DNA from: the human T2T-CHM13v2.0 reference genome, Homo sapiens
NCBI RefSeq assembly: GCF_009914755.1
Contig: NC_060936.1
Direction: 5' to 3' (one strand)
DNA length: 64,000 nt
Below, piece by piece: positions 18,860-53,218 of this stretch. Made by a program: the position numbers and the translations under genes. The notes under the pieces were generated by a model. That model was not told the origin of the DNA. It searched no databases and saw nothing but the letters and a program-made list of their open reading frames with translations. Positions within the stretch are counted from its first letter, which is position 1. Each line of letters opens with the position of its first letter.

Positions 18860-19447
18860 GCCATCCAATCCCCATAGCAACAAGAGGACCTGCAGAATGC
18901 AAACCTGAACACATTTCTCTCTGCTCAAAATCTTGGAGAGGATTCCAGCTGTTCTTACAGGAAATGCAGACCCTCTGTTCTGCCTGGCCCACCCCACACC
19001 CACCCTGCATTCACTGCCTCTGTTCCAGCCCCACTGGCCTTCCTTCCACAGGTCCCCTGCCCCTCCCCACCATCCCAAGTCGACTACACACAGCCAGGAA
19101 AGCCCTCCCAGTCTTCTTCACCTAAGTAACCCTGCTCAGCCTTCAGACTCCAGCTCAGAACACCTTCCCCGACCACCTTGACTGGGCGAATCTCCTCCCC
19201 TAGTACCAGCTCTGGGGCACTGTGGGCCTCATCGCAGCTGCAAGTTCCCATCTATTTCTGTGATTACTGGATTTACATCTGTCTCCCCCATACACTGTGT
19301 ATGCTCCAGGAGAGCAGGAACCTCTTCTGGTTTCCTCCCCACTGTAAACCCCAGTACTCAGCACCAATCAAGGGCTCAAGACATAGGCGCTGAATGAATG
19401 AATGAATCAATCAACCAATCAATGAACCATCATCTCAATCAATCAAT
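18860..19447 (+). mobile_element. L2 3' end with (TGAA)n/(TCAA)n tail
   Basis: L2-like text ending CATAGGCGCTGAATGAATGAATG. Confidence 0.65.
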
Positions 19448-19467
19448 GAGCCATCATCTGCCTCTAA

Positions 19468-21460
<1,993 letters not shown>

Positions 21461-22043
21461 ACCATGGTTAACTTCTGTACCTAGTGTCAGCCTCCTGCTC
21501 AGAGGGCACTGTCTAAGGTACATCAGGTGAGCAGGTGGCCCCTGGACTATGTTTGGGAAAGGTTATTTTGGGTATGAGCTTCAAGGTCTCAACACCAAGG
21601 AACAAAAGAATGCCAGGTAGGTATTTCCCCATTGCTCACCAAAACCAAAGCATCCAATGTGGGCAGGTCCCCCGAAAATGCCCACTCCCAGGACACAATG
21701 TCTCATGGAGGGAGTGCACAAAAGTATGCACAGTTGTGCCCTTGCGTACAGACACACACACCGATGCAGAGGCGTCTGCCATCACTCCTCCTCAGATCAC
21801 AGATCCCCAGGGGAGCTGGTCCCAGAGCAGACATCAGAGCCCCTGCAGCCAACCTGCACACGCGAAGGACCCCGTCCCTCCTGTCCCAGCTGTGCCCCCA
21901 CAGGCACAGTCCTTCAGTTCTGAACGGGAGCGGTTGTGACGCTCAAGCCTTCACTGATGGCCAGGAGCCTCCTTCCCACCTCCCCACCTCCCCAAGCCTG
22001 GGGGTCAACCCTGCCAGCTCTGGCCACCAGCCAGGCAGTCTTA

Positions 22044-22915
<872 letters not shown>

Positions 22916-23048
22916 TCACCCCTCTTCCTCATCTGTTCAATTACCTCACCCCATCGGCTTTCCTTCTGGGATCTGTCTCCCACCCACCTTGCTTCCCTGC
23001 ACCACCATGGCCTCCACGCCAGTCTGCGATGACCTCAAAAGCTACCTA

Positions 23049-23368
<320 letters not shown>

Positions 23369-23614
23369 TCAGGAAACTGAGGCAAGAGGATAGCTTGAAC
23401 CCGGAAGGCAGAGGTTGCAGTGAGCTGAGATGGCGCCACCTCACTCCAGCCTGGGCAACAGAGCAAGACTTTGTCTCAAAAAAAAAAAAAAGAAAGAAAG
23501 AAAAGGAAATAAACATATAAACAAGAAAATCCCAAGAAGCCAGTGACCACCTTTCTTCACAGCCACCTCAACAGGTTACAGGTTAAACCAGCCAAAGGCC
23601 ACCATATGATGACA

Positions 23615-24262
<648 letters not shown>

Positions 24263-24465
24263 ACTAGACAGAACTCTCATGGAACTTAGATGTTGATATG
24301 GGTAATAGTCTCATCCCGTTCACTGAACCTGCCCTCTAACAGGCCCGTGGTCAATATTTGTTGAATAAATAAACATAGCCTTTCATGTGGTCGGAACTGA
24401 AAAATAAAAGTAACTCTGTGTAATCCCAGCACTTAGAAAAGCAGAGGTGGGAGGATGGTGCTTGA

Positions 24466-25099
<634 letters not shown>

Positions 25100-25476
25100 T
25101 AAGTATGTAAGAGAACTTGGGTATTTCTATCTTTTGGGTTCAAGATCTAAATTTCACAGCAACCTGGAAAAGCAAGGTGAGACAGTCTGTTTTACAAATG
25201 GGGAGACCAAGGCCCAGAGACACAGCAACTGGCTCAAGCTCCCCAGAGTAGACTCTTACTACCAATTACAACCATTACCATTTACTATGTGTGTCAGCAC
25301 AGGCGGGTTCTCTACATATATTATCTTGTGTTAGGTTCATCGTGGTCACAGCTCTGTGAAGCAGAACTTCAATTACACCCATTTAATGGAGGAGAAGCTG
25401 AGACTTGGACAACTAACTCGCCCAGGAATGCCCAATTCGTGAGTGGCAGAGTGGTATTTGAATCCAATTCATTCTA

Positions 25477-26062
<586 letters not shown>

Positions 26063-27200
26063 TCAGATTTTCCAGGAGGCCCACCTGGCAGAAACCCTGC
26101 TGTCAGAACCCCAGTACCAGCCGGGCACGGTGGCTCACGCCTGTAATCCCAGCACTTTGGGAGGCTGAGGCGGGCAGATCATGAGGTCAGGAGATTGAGA
26201 CCATCTTGGCTAACACGGTGAAACCCCGAGAATACTAAAAATACAAAAAATCCGCCGGGTGTGGTGGCGGGCGCCTGTAGTCCCAGCTACTTGGGAGGCT
26301 GAGTCAGGAGAATGGCGTGAACCCGGGAGGCGGGGTTGCAGCGAGCCGAGATCGCGCCACTGCACTACAGCCTGGGCGACAGAGCAAGACTCTGTCTCAA
26401 AAAAAAAAAAGAAAGAAAGAACCCCGGTACCCTCCCCACTCTCGCTCTCTGGCCAGCCTCCCACCTCCACCCACTTCTCCTCCCTAATCTTGCTCAAGGT
26501 CATGTCTGCAAAGCTCCCTGTGCAAAGGAGTCTGCTGGGCAGGTAGCAAATAGGATAAAGAGCACTAAAATCACGAACCCAGAGTCCTGCAAGTCAGCAC
26601 TGAAGGCCAAGCTCAGCTACCCCTACCCACACACTGTTAAAATTTAGAGGGTTCGGTTCCCAGCGGAGCCTCCAGCCTGTGCCTCGGGCTCTTGGCTTCT
26701 CTGGGAATCAGTTTCTTCTTCATCTATAACATGGGGAACAAATAGCCAGCCCAGGAGCTGTCCTGAGACATAACTGAGTTCATGCACTTCACACTCACTT
26801 GGAGCACCTACAGGTAGGTAGCGTTACCGAGTCGGTCAGTTTCATCTGTAACTAGAGGTGGAGAAGGTGAGGAGCTGGGAAGTTTAGGGACTTGCCCAGC
26901 ATCACAGCCAGTTAAATCGTTGCTGGCCAGTCCCAGTGAACAGACTGCTTAGGACCCTACAACATATTCAAGATGCAAATGGGTGTGGGGTTCTTCTGGG
27001 GAATGATGAAAAAGTTCTAAAATGGACTTTCATAATGGTTGCACAGCTCTGTGAATATACTGAAAACAAGTGAATTGTGGCCGGCCTTGGTGGCTGGTGG
27101 CTCACACCTGTAATCCCAACAGTTTGGGAGACAGAGCTGGAAGGAGCGCTGGGCCCTAGAAGTTTGAGATCAGCCTGGGTAATATAGTGACACCCCAGCT

Positions 27201-27201
<1 letters not shown>

Positions 27202-27255
<54 letters not shown>
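27202..27255. repeat. (CA)27 microsatellite in an Alu linker
   Basis: Perfect CA run of 54 nt. Confidence 0.95.
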
Positions 27256-27257
<2 letters not shown>

Positions 27258-27296
27258 TTGGCCAAGCATGGTGACCCACACCGGTGGTCCCAGCTA

Positions 27297-27458
<162 letters not shown>

Positions 27459-27556
27459 TCAATGAAACTTTTTACTTTTTTAAAATGGAGAGTCTCAGAG
27501 ATGGCAAGTAATCTGGGAGTGTTTCCAAATAAATGTATACCTTGTATATATCATGA

Positions 27557-27974
<418 letters not shown>

Positions 27975-28873
27975 TGATTTTCAGTCTTAGTCCAAATGTG
28001 GACCAGAAAAAACAAAAGAACATCTGCATCTGGGATTCATGCAGCACTCAAATATTTGATGAATGCAAGAGTAGGCTGAGTGTGGTGACTCACACCTGTA
28101 ACCCCAACACTTTGGGAAGCTGAAGCAGGAGGATCACTTAAGCCCAGGAGTTCAAGACCAGCCTGGATAACATGTCAAGACCCCATCTCTACAAAAAATT
28201 TAAAAATTATCTGTGCATGTTGGCAGACACCAGTATTCCCAGCTACTTGGGAGGATCACTTGAGCCTGGAAGGCAGAGGCTACAGTGAGCAATGGCTGTG
28301 CCACTGCACTCCAGCCTAGGTGACAGAGTGAGACTCTATCTTAAAAAATAAAAAATTTTAAAAAACAGTAGATAGCAATCCTATTTTATAAAAAATGGAT
28401 ACCAATTTAAAATAATGTTTAATCATATCATTTAGTTATGAGGATATAGTAATTTACAAAATTATACCTTAAGACCCTGAAAATGTTATTTATTTTGCAA
28501 GTGTCAAAGTATCAAAAAAGAAAGAATAACTAGTCTGGGGTAATTTTATTTTTTTCTTTTGAGACAGAGTCTCGCTCTGTCTCCCAGGCTAGAGTGCAGT
28601 GGCACGATCTCAGCACACTGCAACCTCCACCTCCCTGGTTCAAGTAATTCTTGTGCCTAAACCACCAAAGTAGCTGGGATTACAGGCGTGGGCCACCATA
28701 CCCGGCTAATATTTGTATTTTTTGTAGGGACGGGGTTTCGCCATATTGCCCAGGCTGGTGTCAAACTCCTGGGCTCAAGTCATCTGCCCACCTAGGCCTC
28801 CCAAAATGTCTGAGATTATAGGCGTGAGCCACCACACCTGGCCAAAATTTTTTATAAGAATATAAATAAGTAA

Positions 28874-30136
<1,263 letters not shown>

Positions 30137-30271
30137 CTAAGATTATGACCCAGATCGAACAGTAGACGCAGGGAAGGCACTAACCAGAAATCAGCACCCT
30201 CCCCTCCTCAGCCTACCCAGTTCCCTGTAATTTGCTAACGGTTTTGGCTACCCACGTACCTCAAGGGGTAC

Positions 30272-31003
<732 letters not shown>

Positions 31004-31542
31004 GAAGGGTTAGTGAGAGAATGACTGGGTATACCTACATGGCTCCATAAATGTGACATATTTACACAGGGGAGGGCTGGTCCCTCCCCTTGCCTCCCTC
31101 CCAGAGCCTGGTATAAGCGGATCACGGGGCCAACACCTTCTATAACGAAATCGCAGTTTACCTAGTAGCTTCACAAACAGAAAGGTGTCACCCACTGATG
31201 ACCTCATACCACTTCATCCTAAATACCGTATTTCTTGGTTACTTGTTTCTTGTCTTTCCACCCTGCTGCTCTGTGAGTGCCGTGAGGGCAGGAGGCTTGC
31301 CTGTCTTGATCGCTACTCTAGTCCAGATTTCTAGAACAGAGACTGGTGCAGGCTAGGAGCTCACTCTTTGTCGCATGAGGAATGAGTGCTGTTATTTACT
31401 TTTATGTTCTGTGTGGCATCTGACACACGACTTCACAGACAAATGGCAGGTGAACTAAAGACCTGACCTGGGGGTGGTTCTGGGTGGGCACGTGTAACAA
31501 AAAAGATGAAGCCATGAAGCCCCACCTGGAATCACCTGGTAG

Positions 31543-40410
<8,868 letters not shown>

Positions 40411-40411
40411 C

Positions 40412-41269
<858 letters not shown>

Positions 41270-41509
41270 CCTGACAATTAATAAGAGCCAACCCTTTGAA
41301 ATAATGGAGAAAAGACCTGATGAGACATTTCAGAAAATATCCAACCACGAAACAAAGGCCAGGTGCAGTGGCTCGCACCTGTAACCCCAGCACTTTGGGA
41401 GGTCGAAGCAGGAGAATTGCTTGGGCTCAGAAATTTGAGACTAGCCTGGGCAACATGGTGAAATCTCATCTCTACGAAAAATATAAAAGCGTGGTGGCGG
41501 GCGCCTCTA

Positions 41510-41650
<141 letters not shown>

Positions 41651-42984
41651 TCACACACACATACACACAAAAAAAGAAAAGAAATCTACAACTACACACA
41701 ACAAACAATATGGACGAATTGTATATACACAAAGCTGAGCAAAAGAAGCCAAAAACTAAAGAAGACATCCTCCACGATTTCACTGGCATAAAATGTGAAA
41801 ACAGGCGAAACTCATCCAAGGGGCTAGAAGTCAGGTTCACTAGCAGTGGAGGGCGGAGACTACATGGGCAGACGCAGGGGATTCTGGGTACTGGTTACCC
41901 TGATGTGTTCAGTTTGTTAAAATTAATCGAGCTACGTGGTTACCATATGTGCACTTTTCTGCATGTATATTATACTTCAATGAATGGGGTTTTTTTAAGG
42001 GTACAGTGTTACAGAAATGGAAACTGCTTTTTTGTTAAAAAAAAAAAAAAAAAGGCTTGGAGCTGGGAACAGACTGCTGATGGAGAAAAGCCCAATTTTA
42101 GGACATTAGAGAAGAGTCTGCAGCCCCGAGTTGTGTCCTGAACACCTGGTAGTGCACAAATCCCTTTCTCAAACGGCCACGTCCCGTGGTGCAGTGCCCA
42201 GGGCAAGGTAAGACACTGGAAGACAGAGGCTGCAAGACACAGGCTGCGACCCCGCAATGACTGGGAGGGCTGGCCCAACCTTCCCCACACACTGCCCTCC
42301 AAAGCAGACTCTCACGTCTGTTAGGGCTGTGTTTATGTCACCCAGCAACCCTGGAGAATCACTGCTTCCCCACTTTCAGTCCACGTGGTTCTGCTGGGCT
42401 GACCCCAGCCAGCAACTCCAGTCTGGCTGAAGGCTGTGCTAAGACTGTCAGAGCCAATCCAGAGGCATCTAAGGGAATGACTGAGGTTTTGGGAAGGACC
42501 CTGAGCTGGCAGGATAGACGCCTGAAGCTGCTGTGGGCCCCTTCTTCACCCACCCTCCCTACCCTCCCATGGGGAGAAGCCTGCCAAGAATGAAGCAGAA
42601 AGAGGGAGTCGAAGTGGGAAGCAGAAAGGAGAAACAGACTCAATTTCTCAAGATCATTTTGGAGCATCCAGACATAGATGTCCCCGGAGGTTACATGCTG
42701 AACTTACGACCTAAGTCTATGAATTTCCTTTTGCTTAGGACAGCTAGAGTTACATTTGTCACTTAGGTCACTTATAACAAATGTGCCCTATCACCACTCT
42801 CTGGAAGCCTGTGTGCAGCTCAGAGACCGAAATGGGCATAATAATTCCCCAGGCCAACTGCAGTCAGCGGCCTCCCTCAGAGTTCAGAGCAGCTGTCCCT
42901 CTGCAAAGCACTTGAACATTCATCGCTCCATTTGATCATCACAGAAATACCAAGGGAGAGGGGGCTGGATGACTGTTCCTGCTT

Positions 42985-47052
<4,068 letters not shown>

Positions 47053-47713
47053 CACTGTTTACTTCTTGACTGCCTCTTGTACCCACCAAGAGGGCAGGGA
47101 ACTTATCCATCTGTTTGCAACTCTGACCTTGCCCACCAAGTAGCTAAAAAGTGTTTTTCTGGAAAGAATAGATTGATTGAACAACTGCCTGTAAGATCTG
47201 AAATGCCACCTACTACTGGCCGAGCGTCCAGAGTACTAAGTCATCAGCCACCTGCAGGTGCTCAGGGAGCTCATGTGCATTTGCTGAGCTCGCAGTTCCA
47301 AGCCCTGCCCCAGGCTTGTCTAGAACCCCAAGGAAGCAGGAGGAACAGCCCCTCGCCTCGAAAGCCTTAAAGTCTATGAGGGATCATAAAGCACCCAGTG
47401 TTTACCCGGCAACCCACAAACAAATGCAGAAGAGAGATCTCAGATTGCGTTGCTGACACCCAGGCTGGAGGCAGCGTCCAAATGGGCCTCATAAAACTGT
47501 GTACTGGCAAACGCCCTCTGATACAGCTTCTTAAGACTGCAACCCTACCTGTTCTCCAGAATGAAACGGTTGCAGCTCACACCTGCTCCTGCCTTCTCCC
47601 GTGGGGACTTTGTTTTGAGAGGCAGTTAAAAGTCTAAATGGGCAGGTGGTGACCGCCTCTTTCCCCTTCCCTACTTCAGCATGTCTGAGCCACACACACG
47701 GCAAGCGACTTAC

Positions 47714-47760
47714 CCACTAGGAGTTTGACGTCTCGGACTGTGAAATCAGGGTCAGGCATC
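47714..47760 (-). CDS. KDM2B: KDM2B exon 4 (MPDPDFTVRDVKLLVG)
   Basis: Acceptor CTTTCCCCAG|, donor G|GTAAGT; 47 nt; phases 2 to 1. Confidence 0.96.
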
Positions 47761-48946
47761 CTGGGGAAAGAGGAGCACAGACCTTTGGTGAGAGGCCAGA
47801 AACAACAGAGCTAGACTACCCTGGGCCCGGGGGGAAGCCATTTTTCCAAGAGAGATCCTTTCCCCTCAGTTTGGGAACTCAAAATGAGAACATCCAGAGG
47901 GAGAGAAGTAGACCAGTTGATGCCTCCAGGGAGGGTCACCCCAGAACCACTGAGGCCCTTCCCTACCCCAAGAGGCAACTCAAACCTGAACCTCAGCAGA
48001 GGGTAGGACATCCACTGTCCACCCCATTTTTCCAGGGAAGCTGGAAGTGTGGGGTCAAAGGTAAGGGCCAGAGCTAGACATTCAAATGCCTGCTTTCTTT
48101 TAGGGTGGGTAGCCCTCTCTATGTCTCTTTCTCCCTCTAGAAAATACTCTCCATGAGGAGTTTTATGCAAAGTGGGACGGACCCCTTTAAGTTCAGAGGG
48201 AAAAAAAGACACGCATTGTACTAGTTCCAGGGATGTGGTAATATGGGCTACAATTCACTATTAATTAACAATGATGCCCAAGGTTTAAATCCTACTCACA
48301 GGGATGGACTCTTGAGCAAGTCTGGGAGCAGATGCTGGAGAGAGGCTGCCTGGGACGACACCCCAAGCCTCCTCCCCTGCCCCTGCCCAAGGGGCACAAA
48401 CCTGTTCTTCCAGCCTGCCTCCCAGACCTCTCCCCCAACCTGGAGCTCTGACAGATCTCAGTGAATGAAAACAGACATAGTGGAGGGGCAAGCTGCAGGG
48501 CAGGCAAAGAAAGGGGAGACATTGGCACCCCAGGAATCTGCATAAGAAACATGTATCTAGGTGCCCTGGGTCTGGGCTTAGAGGCTGGCTAGTCTCTTTG
48601 CAGCTCAGGCTCTGCCTCAGTCTCCTGATCTGGAGCAAGGGGAAGGAGGAGAGGTACAATTCTCTGTAGGAGGTCACTGAGTGTAACTGGGGTGGGTCAG
48701 GGAAAAAAGTCAACACTGCTTAATTACCCTATGTCCTCTCTCTGCCCAAAGTCCCTGCAAAAGACCAGTCTTTGGAGAGTGTTTCCCCTTTGTCAGGCCT
48801 TGAACAAGGAGATGCTGTTCCCAGATCGTGAAAAAAGATCCTTCTCAGTGATGAGAGGTGGGAAGAGGGTGGAAGAAATCCATCCCAAGCTATAAAGTAT
48901 GTTAGGGAGGAAGACGGGGGAAGGAGTGATTAGTTTCAGCAACTTA

Positions 48947-49057
<111 letters not shown>

Positions 49058-51968
49058 TTAAGTCACGAAGGAGCAAATGAACCGGGATCTGTTGGTTAGG
49101 GGAAGAAAACTGATGGACGAAGGGGCAGGGGGTCCAGGAGATGCAGGCACCAGCTGTACAGCAAAAGCTCCTTGGAAAATGATCGGGAAATGGATTAGGC
49201 AAAGCCCAAGAGAAGCCATGCCAACGATCAGCTCCTCTGCCTACTCAGTCAGTCATTCTCGGCATGCCCCACCGGTCCAAACTTGTCAATGAACAGCCCA
49301 AGGCCAGCGAGGGTTGGGGAGGAAGACTCAAAAGAGCACCGCACAAAAAGAGTCCCAGCCATTGCTGAGAAAGAGGGATAGACAGAGACACGCATCCCAA
49401 GCCGCGCTCGGAAAGTAAAGGGACTGCAAAATTGAAGAATGCCACCTGGGAGGATCTGAAGGCCCAGAGAGGAGGCTGGGAGGAGGGCCCTCATTGTAGC
49501 TGAGCATCAGTGAAAATCTTATTGTAATATCCTGCATAGTGAAGGGGAGGGGGGAAAAGCCGGTTTCCCTGGAAACTGTGTATTTGGTGCCAAAATAACT
49601 AGGGAACTGGGCACAGCTTTGTTGTCTTAAGAGTGAAATTCTGCTGTAGCCATCACAGTCCTTGCTTCAGCTGGATAACCGGGAGGGAGGCTCCCCAGGG
49701 GAAGGCTGTGTAAAGGGGGCATAGCAAGACCCAAGGAAAATTCACAGGCTCGCTCTCTGTCTGGGGTTTTTCTAGTACAGTCCCCAAATCCTTACCCAAA
49801 GTCCTGGAGGATGAAGGAGGCCTCTAATTTCTTTCCTTCCCCAATTCTGAAACGAGTGAATCTGACCCAACCATACACCCCTGAATATGAAGGTGATGGG
49901 TCTTGAGATAAATTCTCACGTCCCCCAAATCCTCAGGTAACTAAAGTAATCCGCAAGGTAAGAAGGCCTCTCCGACCGTCAGAAGGGAGAAGAAGAGGCC
50001 TCAGGCCACTGAAGCTGCTAGCCCAGGGAAACAGTTCACAGGGCAGCCTTGGGGGAGGAGGAGGCCAAGACAACTCCCCTCCGAAGAGAGACAGAGAACA
50101 AAACCCAAAGCCGGGGAAAGCCCTGACCTCAGCAGCTCAGATCCCCAGGGGCTCACAGTGAATGGGGATTCCTAAGGATTTAAAGGAAGAGAAGTTTAAG
50201 AAGCTTCTATTTTGAATCCAGGCTAAGGGCTCCTGTTTCTAAGCTCCTCCCTCAAGTTTTGGGGCCAGATCTGAATTAAAGAGCAAAGCCCTGGGCCCTC
50301 CCCTTTGAAAGAAGCCGGGAGAGCAGATCTAAGGATACACTTTAGCTCTCCCTGGCTGGAATACCGGCCCTCTAGACCCACCCACCCTAGGCACCCCATC
50401 CCCCAGGGTCAGCTTCAACTTCCTCAAATCAGCCTGAGAAAAAGCTCTGAAATCCTGGGCTGAGAATTCCTCCCAAATGACTAGGAAGAGTTTGCATATT
50501 GTTTGCACATAGGATCCACCAAATGACTCAACTCAGTAAAAATGGGGGAAGAAAGGAGAGGAATTAAAATTCCACTTATGTAGAGAAAATTTAAATCAGC
50601 TGGGACTAGCACCCTGCTCTAGGACCAGGCAGGCTGGGAGAAATTTATTCTTCCCTCCCCCAACAAACACCCCTCACCACCGGAGCCCAGCGCTCCAGGA
50701 GGCAATGGGCACAAAAGAGAAATCGCAAAACTGCAAAGCTGGGAGTCTCTTCTCAGAGCTAACCCCACAGCCACAGCCACTCAACCAGAACCTGGAGGAG
50801 GGAAGGAGGCACTCCAGGTTATCAGCTCACTGAGGGATGGAAGGGTTTTCCAAGGGGCGTGGGGGGAACAAAATAGAAACTTTGTAACTTAAAGGAAATT
50901 GAAATATCTGAAAGGGAAAAGGAGTGAAGGGCCTGGGAAGGCTAGGTAGGGCATGTTCAAAACCCCAATCCCGCAGGCAATACTAGGTTCCTCAACCAGG
51001 AGCCACACTGGCTGCAGGCTGGGAAGGCCAGGGCTCTGGAGGCCTCAGAGGCAACCCAGGGCGTCACCTTAACATCTGGAGGGTGACCCCCACCACCCTC
51101 CTAGTAGGAGAGCCAGGGAGAAACTCAGGCCGTGAAGGTCTCCAAAACCCTGGAGGCGTCCCCAGATTCCGCTCTCAATTGGGTGGGCCCACAAGGAACA
51201 GAGCTCTCCAAGTCTCAGGCCTGGGAGGAGACCCATTTCCTCACTTCAAACTGCCAGGGGACAGGGATCTCCCCCAGAAGCCTGAAGGGAAGTCACCCCC
51301 TGACCCCAATTCTTGGCTTCAACCTATCAAGGCTGTAGCGCTAGACAGCTCCGGCCCAGGTAGGGGTTCAGGTCAACAGCTTCAGGGCTCATGGGGTCCC
51401 TGATCCAATCTGGCAGAGCCCATGGGGGAATGCGGCTCTGCGGACCCCAGGCCTAAGGGGGCATCGTCCCAAACACCCGACGCGCCCCCATCACCAGTTC
51501 CTCACTGGCAGGCCCCAAGCGGGAACGGGATTGGGAAGGCTTCGGGCCTGGGGGGCCTTACCCCGATGCCCCAGGGGCGCCCTGAACCCAGTTCCAGCCA
51601 GGCGGCGGCACCTCAGGCAGCGCAGGGAGCGCGACCGGCTCGGGGAGGGGGAGGACGCGGCGCTCCCGCCCTCCCTCGGTCCGCCTGTCCATCTCCAGGT
51701 CCCTCTGTCCGCCGGCCCCCTGGCTCTGCCCACCCTGGGGCTGGTGGTGGGCGCGGGCCGGGCCTAGGCCCATGCCCGGCCCCCCTTACTGCCTGCCCTC
51801 CTCCCTCACCACCCCACCCCACCCCCCCAGTGCTCGGCCTCGTTTCGTCACCGGATCCCCTGGAATGGGGGACGCGGGCGCGAAATACGAACCCAGCCAC
51901 CGGCAGCTCCCTCCCCACGTGCGCTCGGCCCGCAGCGCAGAGGGCGGCCCGGGGTGGGGGCGCCTCAC

Positions 51969-52113
51969 CTTTGCCCTCCATGGCGTGCACGAAGTCCCCC
52001 TGGTACAGCTGGCTGCGAAGCTTCTCCTCCAGGCTGAAGCCGCGGACGCTGACGATCTCCTCCACGTCCGACAAGTCCTCGTTCTCGTCGTATCGCTGGC
52101 GGTCAATCGGGCG
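51969..52113 (-). CDS. KDM2B: KDM2B exon 2 ([48 protein letters not shown])
   Basis: Acceptor CTCGCAG|, donor G|GTGAGG; 145 nt; peptide visible in ORF 51613..52146. Confidence 0.97.
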
Positions 52114-53185
52114 CTGCGAGGACCCAAACCAGAGAGCCCGGGACATTATTGTGGGGGCTGGAGGTCGCCTCTCAACCTGGGCCCAGCACTAACAGGTGCA
52201 GCAGCCGAGCGCCCCCTGCACCCCACCATTGCAACCCAAGCAACTTTGCGCAATTGCCAAAGATGCTGAAAAGCAGGACAAGGAGAGGGGCCCGCACCCC
52301 GAGGGTCCAGCTGCGCTCTACGCGGGGTACTCCCCTCCGGTGTCTTCGGAAGCACTGAAGGGACATCTGGGGACCCTCCCCTGCCCCCCGCCCCCGAAAT
52401 GTGCTGGGCTTCGCCCACTCGGCCGGGAGCCTGGTTATGTAACCCGCGAAGGGGGCTCCGGACACGGGCTGGCGGGGCAAATGTAGGCCCCAGGAGGAGC
52501 CGCTGCGGCGCCCGGCTCGGCGGTAACAGCAGCCCCAGCGGCCGCGGCGGCAGAGCCGGGAAGCCGGAACCGGGGGCCGGCGGCATTTCTAAAGCTGGAG
52601 CCGCCCCCGAGCTACCGGGGAAGCTGGAAAGCTGAAATGGAAGGGCTGAGACCCCAGCCGCCCCCGCCGCCCGCCCGCCAGTGCAAGAAGAGGAGGTGGG
52701 GGGAGGAGAATCGGGGCTTGGAAGGGGGAGAGGCAGACGGCCCGCCACAAAGCTCGGATCGGAGACCCCAAAACGCACCAGCAGCTGCCTCATCTCCCCA
52801 CAAGCGCGCGCGCACACTCACTTCCTAAGGAGACTCCCCCACCACTCCCCGCATCCCCCTGCCTCCTCCCTCCACCGCCCAGCGCCCGGCCCCTCAGCCC
52901 CCCAGATTCCGGGCGAACCCCGAGCCCGCTCAGCCCCCCTCCACGCCTTTCCCCGATACCACCTCCCCACTTAAGTGTCTGAGACTCTAAGCCTCACAAG
53001 GGGCTGGAGGAGTAAGCAGCTTGCTTCCTTTTGCATGCAATTTATTATATTTTTTTCCCGGTCCTCTTGCAAAATACAGAAAAGGAAAGAAAAGGCAGCG
53101 AGAAACAACCAAAAAAAAAAAAAAAAAGATCTATCATATGCCAGATACAGATTTGGAAAAAAAAAAAAAAAAAAAAGCTACACAC

Positions 53186-53218
53186 CAATCTTCTTCCAGA
53201 GTCTTTCTCTGCCTCCAT
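53186..53218 (-). CDS. KDM2B: KDM2B alternative first coding exon 1b (MEAEKDSGRRL)
   Basis: AAAATGG start at 53218; 33 nt; donor TTG|GTGTGT at 53185; phase 0 joins exon 2; matches the recalled N-terminus of human isoform b and of mouse Kdm2b. Confidence 0.9.

Noticed and set aside
42708-42769. Inverted repeat GACCTAAGT / ACTTAGGTC
   Set aside because: Only 9 bp and does not extend into a miRNA-like hairpin; probably chance or a decayed transposon.
51422-52817. 256-aa (+) and 223-aa (-) ORFs in the promoter island
   Set aside because: Antisense or intronic GC-rich open frames; the extension [11 protein letters not shown] upstream of exon 2 is intron sequence through the acceptor.
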